Assembly: GCA_951406725.2 (NCBI GenBank)
Contig: OX597830.1
Span: 51,088,001-51,152,000, forward strand
Direction: 5' to 3'
DNA from: Octopus vulgaris
Taxonomy: Eukaryota
Length of the DNA: 64,000 nucleotides
Part shown: positions 53,351-64,000 of the stretch, one piece after another
How positions within the stretch are numbered: position 1 is the stretch's first letter
How the letters are laid out: every line of letters starts with the position of its first letter
Program-made: the position numbers and the translations under genes
The notes under the pieces: generated by a model
What the model was told of the DNA's origin: nothing
The model's database searches: none
What the model saw: only the letters and a program-made list of their open reading frames with translations

Positions 53351-54829
53351 TTATGGCAGTTTGCAGTCCCAAATTTACTTTACAATTTAACTACTTCTCA
53401 CTTTGTATTGTTGTTCCACCTTTCGTTTTTCATATCTGTCCGTTATTGTTATCAGTTTTGTAGTTGTCTTTCTCCTTTCCAGGAAGAAATTATCGTCTTG
53501 CTCCGCTCGTATTTTGTTGGCTTCTGCATTTATTTTCTACGATTTTTGCAGAATACTTTTGAAAACTTACAGTGGTTATTTCATAATAGCTTTCTAGTCG
53601 CCCAAACTTTTTCTATTCATCGTAAACATAGTAATTTCATATTAAGTTTAATGTGATGTCTTGGAAATGAAGTCGCCTATTTTCAATGTTTTCTCCCATA
53701 CCTTGTTACTTCGCTTAGCACCCAGTTGACAATATTATAACCACAGACTTATTAAAGGGGCGACTAAAGAATTACTGCCGATCGTCTAAGTTCTATGACA
53801 TTCTATTAATTGATAAGTAATGATTCCATTCCTTACTAACGTTTTCTTTTATCTGTGTGTATGTTGTATATACGCTAGATTTTTCATTATTATGTGTCTG
53901 TACATCTGCGTTTGTTATAACTGTTTGAACTCTATGGTTCTTTTTCTTTTCTTTTTTAAGCATGTTGCGCTGGCTGGCAGAATCATTACAGTATCGGACA
54001 AAATATTTTGCTATCTTACTTTCGAAATGGAAGGAGTTGAAATGTCTACAAGAGAAACAGTCAGATTATTGCTGCTTGACTTGTCCTTAAATCTACAGCT
54101 CGGTAGGGACAGCTGGTCCCTACAACAATATTTACACAACCGGGATCTACAAATACTCTAAGTCGTATTGACCGCTGACGCCTACGATGTTATCGGCTGA
54201 GGGAGCGGGAAAGAATGTCAATCAGTTTGGTTAGGCAGAATAGAAGGTTAATTGCTTTCAGCGAGGTAAAATACAGGTCGCTTGAAGGTCTTTTACCCAG
54301 AAGAAATTCAGAAGGAAAAAAAGGCATCTACAAGTGGTACAATAATAACAACAGGAGATCCCACAGGTGAGGACGCAAGTAGTTGCAGAACGCACCTTAT
54401 TGCAACATTTATAGGGGATAGAGGTGAGGGAAACCAAATTCCACCCGTCCTTAGAACCACCAATATTTGATGTGATTTTGTAAGTGTCGGTAAGTGAAAA
54501 CTTGTCTATAATGGCTTAAATTATGGTGCAAATCACTATCGGAGTAGCTATTCAGTATCAACTTGATTATGTCCCAGTGTATCTAAATGTGTGTGCGTAT
54601 GAGTATGTGTATATGAGTGTGTCTACATCTGTGTGTTTCTGTGTGTGTGTGTGTGCGCGCGCGTTATAAGGGTTCTTGGAACAGCAATTTTAAATTCCAA
54701 ATAGCCCTATATTTATAGACACAATGGAAATTCATAGAAACACCTTAATGAGATCTCGTACATCTTAACACACACACACACACATACATTCACATGAACA
54801 CACTCATAGTTATGTTTATGTGTATATAC

Positions 54830-54962
<133 letters not shown>

Positions 54963-55300
54963 TGTGTGCTTGTATTCAGAGAACATGGTCATAGTGAACC
55001 TGAAGCAATCAGTGACAATGCTAAAAATTCCTTTCTCTGTGTGTGCGTTTGTGCGTATGTGTGTGTGTGAGAGAGAGAGAGAGAGACACAGAGAGAGAGA
55101 GAGCGGCATCTATGCGTGTGTATATATGTTTAAAATACAGACATACAACCCAGAAGTGCAATTCGGTAAACAAGCAAATTATATATTTTCATATAAAATT
55201 ATACATAAACACTCACCATATTTAAATAATGGTAATTTGTATACACACATATGTACATACATATTCACCCACACAGGTGCACATATTAATACGTGTGTGC

Positions 55301-55347
<47 letters not shown>

Positions 55348-55433
55348 TGGAAATATGTACTTGTGTGAATGTATGTATGTATGTATTTTTCATATATTTT
55401 ACTAGTCGATACTGTTATATATACGCATATATT

Positions 55434-55468
<35 letters not shown>

Positions 55469-55791
55469 ATATATATACACAACGAATAATACGCACACTC
55501 TCACCACATTATTCCATGAGACAGTAAGCAGTAAACAGTAGTCATATACACGCACACACATACACACCATCACTCACTCACTCACTCATTACACACACAT
55601 TCACTCACTCAATCGCTCCCTCACATACACACACACCATATTCACAAACTCCCACACAGTAACACTCTGTCGTCGCAGACTTTTACACAATTGCAAATAA
55701 AATCATTTAGGCACGTAAACAATAGACATAGGTTCGTTCATACAAAATTAAACCTATTGTGTGTGTGTATACATGTATGCGAGCCTATGAA

Positions 55792-55880
<89 letters not shown>

Positions 55881-56005
55881 GTATATATATGCATATGTAT
55901 ATATATATGTATATATATATATATATATATACATATATACATATACATATACATGTATATATATATATATATATATTTATATGTATATATTTATATGTAT
56001 ATATG

Positions 56006-56098
<93 letters not shown>

Positions 56099-57099
56099 AT
56101 ATATGCATATTATTAATGATACAAATCTCGCACAACTTGGTACACAAAATTACATTTTTTCCATTTGTTGTTATAAACTTCTGTATTAATTTAAACAGAC
56201 AAAAATTATACACATACATAACTTATGAACTATAAATTTCATATAACTTTAAACTTGATACATAAATTAAAAGAACATATGTGTGTATGTATTTGAGCAT
56301 GTTTCCTTCCTGTGTGTAAGCATGCTTGTGTAATTTTAATACTTCATATACCACAAGTTAAACATTATACATCAGAGAGATATATTTCGATATATAATAT
56401 CATATACAGGGTAACATTCATAATAACGTTATGAGATTAGTTTCTTCACATAAATACGAAAGTCCGGCATTTTAAAGTAATACAATTGTGTATACATTGG
56501 TAGCAAAGCAAATGATAAACAAATGAACATATTCCTTTCAGTATTACACGATTAGGTTGAAACATGCCACATGATGTCATCGATGAAAAGCACATAGGCT
56601 TTGTAATGCAATTTTATTGGAAGGCTACAAAATTGGGTCCCTGATGCCTTTCGTCAATTACTGTTTCACAAGACACCATATTGTCAGGCATATTATAGAC
56701 ACCATATTGTCAGGAATATTTAAGCAGTTTCTTCCCGTCTACCTGGAAACTCAGAACGTTAAAAGATGTAGGATTTAGATAAATTATACTAGGTATATCC
56801 TTGATACTCTAAGGGTTTTCTTATTTTACTACCCTTTGGTAGTTACGTAAATGAGAAACATAGTGGAAACTGTGCAGAATTTGAACTCGTAACCTGCTGA
56901 TAAAATGGCTTGCAGTGTTTATTCATTTGCTGATTATCGAAAAAAAAAAAGTGATCCTCTGGCCCTGGTATGTCCTCAGAGATTGGTGCGTTAGGTGCCA
57001 TTAATGTTCCGTTTAAGCTGTTGCATATTAACATCTGTAGGAAAGAAATGAACAGAGAGAAGTTACCAGAGGGCTGGTGGTCAAGACAGGTTTCTTTTT

Positions 57100-57577
57100 A
57101 AGGCGGCAAGCTGGCAGAAACGTTAGCACGCCGAGCGAAATGCTTAGCGGTGTTTCGTCTGCCGTTACGTTCTGAGTTCAAATTCCACCGAGGTTCGACT
57201 TTGGCTTTCATCATTTTGGGGTCGATTAAATAAGTACCAGTTACGCACTGGCGTCGATATAATCTACTTAATCCGTTTGTCTGTCTTTGTCCTCTCTGTG
57301 TTTAGCCCCTTGTGGGTAGTAAAGAAATAAGTATTTCGTCTGCTATTACGGTCTGAGTTCAAATTCCGCCGAGGTCGACTTTGTCATTCATCCTTTCGGG
57401 ATCGATAAATTAAGTACCGGTTGCGTACTGGAGTCGATCTAATCGACTGGCCCTCTCCTTTTGGGATCGATAAATTAAGCACCAGTTGGGCACTGGGGTC
57501 GATGTAATCGACTTAATCCGTTTGTCTGTCCTTGTTTGTCCCCTCTATGTTTAGCCCCTTGTGGGCAATAAAGAAAT
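57100..57577 (+). mobile_element. SINE family A multimer (three core units) within a single TSD
   Basis: AAGA(C/T)AGGTTTCTTTTT at 57083-57099 and 57578-57594. Confidence 0.88.
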
Positions 57578-57674
57578 AAGATAGGTTTCTTTTTTGCGTA
57601 GGACCGGGCGGGTGATCGCATCAAGCGTAACAGTAGGTACAGATACAGAGGTTCGGAGTGCCTGAACGGTGGCA

Positions 57675-57860
57675 TTACGAGATCGGGAAGGTAGGAAGTC
57701 GATTATATCGACCTCAGAATTCAGCTAATATCGACCCCGAATGGTTTGAAATACATAGAGGGATGACCTCAACAGAATTTGAACTCAGAACATGAAGACA
57801 GACGAAATGCCGCAAAGCATTTTGTCCGGTGTTCTGGCAACTCTGCCAGCTCACCGTTTT
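57675..57860 (-). mobile_element. Degenerate SINE family A, inverted relative to the 57100 copy
   Basis: GAATTTGAACTCAGAAC..GACGAAATGCCGCAAAGCATTTTGTCCGG..CTGCCAGCTCACCG on the plus strand. Confidence 0.75.
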
Positions 57861-58476
57861 AAGGGAGACCAAGATATTAGTTTTGTACTTTTCAACAAAT
57901 GTAATTAATCTCTTTTTCAGTTCTGGCGTGTTACGATAGAAAAGATAAGTATATTTTCCCTTCCAAGTATGTCTTTCCTTGACAGGTTGACATTGTTCAC
58001 TGTTTCTGCTTATAGTCACAACTCTTAATTCACCAACAAGAGATTTCATCTTGCTACAAACAGTAATTATATACAAATACATGTGCAGAAAAAAGATATA
58101 AACACCAACCATATCATTATCCTGAATACGAGCTCAGCATGTTTATACTGTGCCTCTATGTTACTGTGCCACTGTGACACTTAGGAAACTCTTTATAGCT
58201 AACGAGGTAGCTTCTTCCTGAGCGACTGACTTAGAAGGAAAGCAGCTAAATCTTCACCAAACCACACTCTACTGCCTTAAATAAAAAGAGATTCCTTGGA
58301 CAATGATATTCCTAGTGTGAAGAAAGACGGATTTTTTACGGCAGGAACCGCTTTTGTTATAGATCTGAACGAGTTTTGGTTACCAGGAATTAAGCAACAA
58401 CAAAAAACAAATGCAACATCATCTCATTGGTGCCGAACACTCTGAAACTGCATGAGTGATGCCCGTTCTCGTTATA

Positions 58477-58711
58477 TTGGGTTGGTGCATAATTATTGCG
58501 GCTTTTTGTTTTTACAAATTTTATTCAAAGAAAACAATAACAGCATGTAACAAAAGCATCTTTAAAGGATTATTCCGGAGCATATTCACCATCTACTTCA
58601 ATTACTGCTTCCCATTTGGCAGACAGTCAGACCGTCGATTAAAGATGTTTGTATTAAATATTGTTATTGTTTTTGTTGAATAAAATTTGTTGGTAAAAAG
58701 CACCAACACAA
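58477..58711 (-). mobile_element. Mariner-derived MITE with long inverted arms
   Basis: TA|TTGGGTTGGTGC..ACAAATTTTATTCAAAGAAAACAATAACA versus inverted TGTTATTGTTTTTGTTGAATAAAATTTGT..GCACCAACACAA|TA. Internal minus-strand LSAKWEAVIEVDGEYAPE* is a mariner C-terminus. Confidence 0.78.
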
Positions 58712-59301
58712 TACTAAAATTTTATGCAAAGATTGCATATCTAATGAGAATACACTATCTTGGTCTAAAGCTTCAGTTGCAATCGGTGAAAATTTTTGAA
58801 ACAATTTAGAGCATTTAGTTGCATTTACAATCGCATTTACAACCTGAAAACAAACGGAAGTTTCCTTTTTTGAGAATAGGTTTAGATTTTATCAATAGTT
58901 AAGACACTTAAGTTTGCTTTTTGAATCAAGCTATTTGTAAATGTGTACTGAAGATGCGCAAGACCCAGTATTTAAGTAGTGGGAGCAGTATATTATTTAC
59001 GAATGTTTTATTCAATTGCAAATTAAAGACATTTCCTACTGTAAGTCTGTACCATTGCAGAAGATTCCCTCTGCAGGTAATGCGGGAGTTTGACGTTGTG
59101 CACTATTATACAATGACACTGTGGGTCACTCTTCCTATGGCACCGTGACACTGTGACATATGACATTGAGACAGTCAGGGAGTATAATGCAGTTGCGCAG
59201 TGACACTTTCACAATAAGCTATACATTATGTCGAACACGATCCAAGAAGGTCTCTCCCGATCCCTCATCCTGCTACGAATACCAGTCACATTTACTTGAC
59301 A

Positions 59302-59683
59302 TCACAAAGCTGAAGTTGTCTGTGTATGGCAGGTTTGGTAGCCTTCAACTAACAATATTTCCTCCGAGACCCTGCGGCGCAAGTTGACCAAAATTGAGAG
59401 TATGATAGAAGAGGGCTTGCTCTTCCTGCCGTAGAAGAAAAAATTCAAATCGGATCATGTTAACACCAAAAATTATTTACATCAAAAGGGTGCTTCTTTT
59501 CTATGAAGATCCCTATTTTTTACGAATTTTTTACTGCTGTGTCGCCATTTTTCGGTGTATTTCAACCAGAGAAATGTTCACTTAAAGAGAATAACAAGCT
59601 ACATAATGCAAATGTTTTCTTTTCAAAAATTTCAATTCTTAAGGGTCGAAACAAACTCGAGCAACGCTGGGCTATACCGGTAG
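59302..59683 (+). mobile_element. Non-autonomous Helitron with termini related to 45213-45724
   Basis: 3' end AAACTCGAGCAACGCTGGGCTATACCGGTAG|T versus AAACCCGAGCAACGCCGGGCGATACTGCTAG|T; 5' AAAGCTGAAGTTGTCTGTG resembles AAAACTGTAGTTGTGTGAG. Confidence 0.68.
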
Positions 59684-60496
59684 TTCTTTATAATGAAGAA
59701 AGGGCAGATTGAATAATGTGCTTCTGAGTAAATTTAGCTTGATAACCAACAGGATTGTTAGGACTGAAACGCATTTGACCACATCTCTGCTTGAAACAGG
59801 GTTGACCTACAGGCTAAACAGCGCCAACCTAGCAACAACTGTCCCGTCACCAGTAATGAGATTAAACTGTTGAATTTAATAGACACGTCTTAATTTCCTC
59901 TTTTTCAAAATATAGACACTATTTACCATATAGGAATGGTTTAATTGTTTTATAAACATTTATCATTGAAAAACTTCAACCACAGAACTTGCTTCCTTAT
60001 AACAACCGTTCACAAACCCAGCAAGCCTTAATATGTCTCAGTTAATGGTTAGAATTCAGCGCTGCCTTTATTGTGTGCGAAGAACTGATATTTCATGCCC
60101 CATTACATTAATACACTCCCCCAGACATTAATTTAAGCGTGAATCATAAATGCTTTGTGAGTAATACAATCAAATTTTATAAATCAATCTATGGCCTGAT
60201 ATATATCGATTTATTTGTTCAATAAATCAATCAAGATCGGACTTACTTTTCGCCTGTCAAGCCCATCAAGCGTAGTCATTATTCATATTGTCAGTTTTTT
60301 CTCCATTAAGTCAGGCGAATGCCAATTTCCAAGTTAATCATATATTTATCAAATGTCTTGCTTAGTTAAACACATTCTACAGATTGGCCAGAAATCTTGC
60401 CTTACCAAAATAGGTCAGATACAATAATACCATTTATAAACGGTTTTGTTGGCTTTCAGTTTTCACTTTCCACTCTGTTGCTGAGCTTAGGATAAA

Positions 60497-60570
<74 letters not shown>

Positions 60571-60689
60571 CTTCATCATTACTATTTAAGGCGGCGAAAC
60601 TGAAAGCAGAATGTCTTTTAAATAAACAGGTTGCGATGGGTAAATTAGTTCAGCTGTGCTGCTTGGAAGCTCCAATAAGGACACATGGT

Positions 60690-61135
60690 GAATCCACCGA
60701 ACAACTGCTGTCTTGACGTGTTCCCAAAAATGTACCGAGAATGATAAAAATTAAGCATCCAGTGTTTGGAGTGATCACTAGTGATGGCGACGTTATGCCT
60801 CCAGTCATCTTCCCACACAGCCTCAGACCCAATACGGAAGGTTACATCAAGTGCCTGGAGGAGGTAGTGCTGACCTGGGTCAAAAAGGTGGCTGCTAGAA
60901 GACCCTCCGTCTAGCAACAAGACTCTGCACCATGCCACACGAGCAGGAGAACCCAGCCATGGTTGTCAGACAATTTCTGCGACCACATCACCACCTAACT
61001 CCCCAGACTGCAACCCTCTCGGTTATTATTTGTAGAGCAAAGTTGAGCGAGAGACCAACAAAACGCCTTGTAATGGCTGCATTCACCAAGTTAAACAAGT
61101 AGACCGCCCAGATGAGTTGCAGGAGATTCCAAAAT
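60690..61135 (+). mobile_element. Tc1/mariner (maT/DD37D-like) transposase fragment
   Basis: KHPVFGVITSDGDVMPPVIF..YIKCLEEVVLTWVKKV..*QQDSAPCHTSRRTQPWLSDNF / PNSPDCNPLGYYL*SKVE, with stops and a frameshift. Confidence 0.85.
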
Positions 61136-61197
61136 ATGTTCAGCGCCACTTTTATTAGTCTGTCCACTCACTCGTATAAATATACACGCATACATAC

Positions 61198-61231
<34 letters not shown>

Positions 61232-62400
61232 CTGTGTGTCTTTGTCTGTGTACCTGTTTTATTTGTGTGTGAGTGTATGAATGGGTGTTAGAAACATACC
61301 TGAACTTATTCAAAAGTTTATTTACCTCACAATATATTATGCATAACATATATTTTATTCAAGCCTGGAGGCCGATCGCACACATCAGTAAATAGTTTTT
61401 GCTGACTTTCTTAAAACGAAGCTATAGCTTCCGATGTAATTTTGAGTTGAATGCATTCATCTCCCAGAAGATCCCCAATACGACAAGGCTTTCTTTACAC
61501 CTATTGCCTAAAGCTAGCACTTTCTCCATCGCAAAATGCAACGACAGGTGAAATATACTTTACAGGTGAAATATACCAAAAAAAGAAATTTAAGACTATA
61601 AAAATTTGTTTGGTTTAATACTCAGCTTAACGTGCATGATATATCACACACACGTACGTATGCATATATTCATTCACATGTATTTTTATATATACATATA
61701 TACATGCTTGTATATAAACACACATATTTGTTTGTCTGTATGTATGAGTATAGTACTATAAAGTCTCAGTAGAATAGGTATAGGGAAAAAGATATAAAAA
61801 ATATACAATAATTTTTAGAATATTAACTTAGATTTACTGTTATCGTGACTTTAATCCTGACGACATCACTAACGTAAAATATTTGCCCCGAAGTAAAGTC
61901 GTGTGACTTGAAACTTCGGTATCATTTTAACAGAAAAAAGATTTTTCTGTATTTTCTTTGCATATGCCTTGCATATATACTGCAAAAAAAAATGGTTGGT
62001 TCCTACGAAGGAAGTAAACTATCATTACATTAGCTTAGGTAGTAACGCTTTCAATCGTTACATGCTGAAATTATCATAATCGTTTTTTGGGGTTTTATTT
62101 TTAATTTTATACTTGTATTTTCAAGGTGCAGAATACTTAGAAGACATCTTCTTCTGCACCTGAAGAGAATTCAGTGCCTGAATATTTAACACCGTTTAAA
62201 CATATTTTAAAGAAACGACAACATCATTACCGATTTCTGGTTGCTAATGTGAACGTCTTTGCGCATTTCTATAGATGTATGATGAATTACTACATGTGTC
62301 TATGTGCGCTTGCATATATATGTGTGTGTGTGCGTCTGTATATGTATATACATGTTTATACACACACATACATATATATAAATGCATGCATGTATGCATG

Positions 62401-62530
<130 letters not shown>

Positions 62531-62726
62531 AACACATAAATGCAATAATAATGGGCTTTAGACATTCATTTATTTACTTATTTACTTAATAAAAATTTAG
62601 CAATTAAGGACAACTTCTTAATAAGGAAAACTTAACAAGAAATTATCGGGTAGATAGCGTCGTTGATGTTGATCAGTTGGTTGCCCGGCTTTGACGATGT
62701 AGGGTCGTTTATTTATGATACGTCCA

Positions 62727-62773
62727 GACTTGCTGATGAATACATAGGTATGAAATCACAGGTGATACAAGTC
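62727..62773 (+). ncRNA. Type I hammerhead ribozyme, copy 1
   Basis: GACTTG-CTGATGA-ATAC-atag-GTAT-GAAA-TCAC-ag-GTGA-TA-CAAGTC: stem I 6 bp, stem II 4 bp, stem III 4 bp plus A-U, intact core. Predicted cleavage after AUA at 62767. Confidence 0.85.
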
Positions 62774-63185
62774 CATATTTTAAATGTCTTACTTTGAAAA
62801 ATTGCATTCGGTGGGATTAGTAAAATTTTTGGTAGAAATGACTAATTTTGTCCCTCTTAGCGTGTGGCATGTATGTATAATAATGCCCTCTATATATAAA
62901 TTTAATATGTTCAATGAGAAAGAATTATTTTCGAAATTTTTTCTCTTATGAGGTTTTTCACGCTATCTACCCGATAATTTCTTGTTAAGTTTTCCTTATT
63001 AAGAAGTTGTCCTTAATTGCTAAATTTTTATTCCGAAAAAACTTTTCCTTTCCCGAAATGCAATTCGTAAAAGTCTGACATTTACCGGATGTAATATATG
63101 TAAACTAACCCATGTGCGTCGTTGATGTTGATCAGTTGGCTGCCCGGCTTTGACGATGTAGGGTCGTTTATTTATGATACGTCCA

Positions 63186-63232
63186 GACTTGCTGATGAAT
63201 ACAGAGGTATGAAATCATAGGTGATACAAGTC
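63186..63232 (+). ncRNA. Type I hammerhead ribozyme, copy 2
   Basis: GACTTG-CTGATGA-ATAC-agag-GTAT-GAAA-TCAT-ag-GTGA-TA-CAAGTC. Predicted cleavage after 63226. Confidence 0.85.
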
Positions 63233-63478
63233 CATATTTTAAATGTCTTACTTTGAAAAATTGCATTCGGTGGGATTAGTAAAATGTTTGGTAGAAATGA
63301 CTAATTTTGTCCCTCTTAGCGTGTGGCATGTATGTATAATAATGCCCTCTATATATAAATTTAATATGTTCAATGAGAAAGAATTATTTTCGAAATTTTT
63401 TCTCTTATGAGGTTTTTCACGCTATCTACCCGATAATTTCTTGTTAAGTTTTCCTTATTAAGAAGTTGTCCTTAATTG

Positions 63479-63532
<54 letters not shown>

Positions 63533-64000
63533 ATCAGCAGTTTTGTTCAGTACGCGCATTGGATATAATTGCATTGCATTGATTGAACTTTAGATACCCC
63601 AATACAGATCCACTTCAATTGTTTTTATTACATGTTATTCTGTGTTCTGAATGCTTTATTTTAATAGATGTTGCTCACTACAAGTTATGAATGATTCTTT
63701 TATGACTTCATTGCTTTCAGGCTTATCTTAAGGCATTTTCGCGCCCGACATCATAAAATACGTCTGAATAAACGTTGCCGGACAGCTAATAAAAACTCGG
63801 ACATTCCTTTGAAAATACTTTTCATTTTTAACCTTCTGTATATTACGCACTAGTGATTTTGGTCTTTAAATTTTGGGAAAAAATGCGGATAATACTCGAT
63901 GATTTACGGTATATATATATATATATATATATACAAACATTTATATGTTCATTTTTCAAGATTCTTGATGCCAATTCATGTGTTGAAACAGATATTGTAT

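Larger units (their letters stand above)
62588..63481 (+). mobile_element. ORF-less tandem element (459-bp period) with inverted 5' segment; retrozyme or non-autonomous Penelope-like candidate
   Basis: 62657-63022 is repeated at 63116-63481 (4 substitutions seen). 62588-62660 is the exact reverse complement of 62960-63032. The element ends in (TA)n, and each copy contains a hammerhead motif. Confidence 0.8.

Overview
AT-rich eukaryotic non-coding DNA, most likely intronic or intergenic sequence from an octopus (coleoid cephalopod). That assignment is inferred from the very high (TA)n/(CA)n/(TATC)n/(AAT)n load and from tRNA-derived SINEs resembling octopus OK/OR-type families. No intact protein-coding gene is supported, and almost all listed ORFs are microsatellite or repeat translations. 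The window holds many copies of three SINE families, decayed Tc1/mariner elements and MITEs, non-autonomous Helitrons, an L1/Tx1-type RT fragment, R4/Dong-type retrotransposon 3' fragments beside (TAA)n tracts, and a Penelope-like GIY-YIG fragment. The standout is 62588-63481: a young, ORF-less tandem element with a 459-bp period and an inverted 5' segment. Each copy carries a complete type I hammerhead ribozyme, and the monomer is strongly self-complementary. It is a candidate cephalopod retrozyme or non-autonomous Penelope-like element that could produce a ~459-nt self-cleaved, possibly circular RNA. All analysis was by eye; repeat boundaries are approximate unless a TIR or TSD is quoted.
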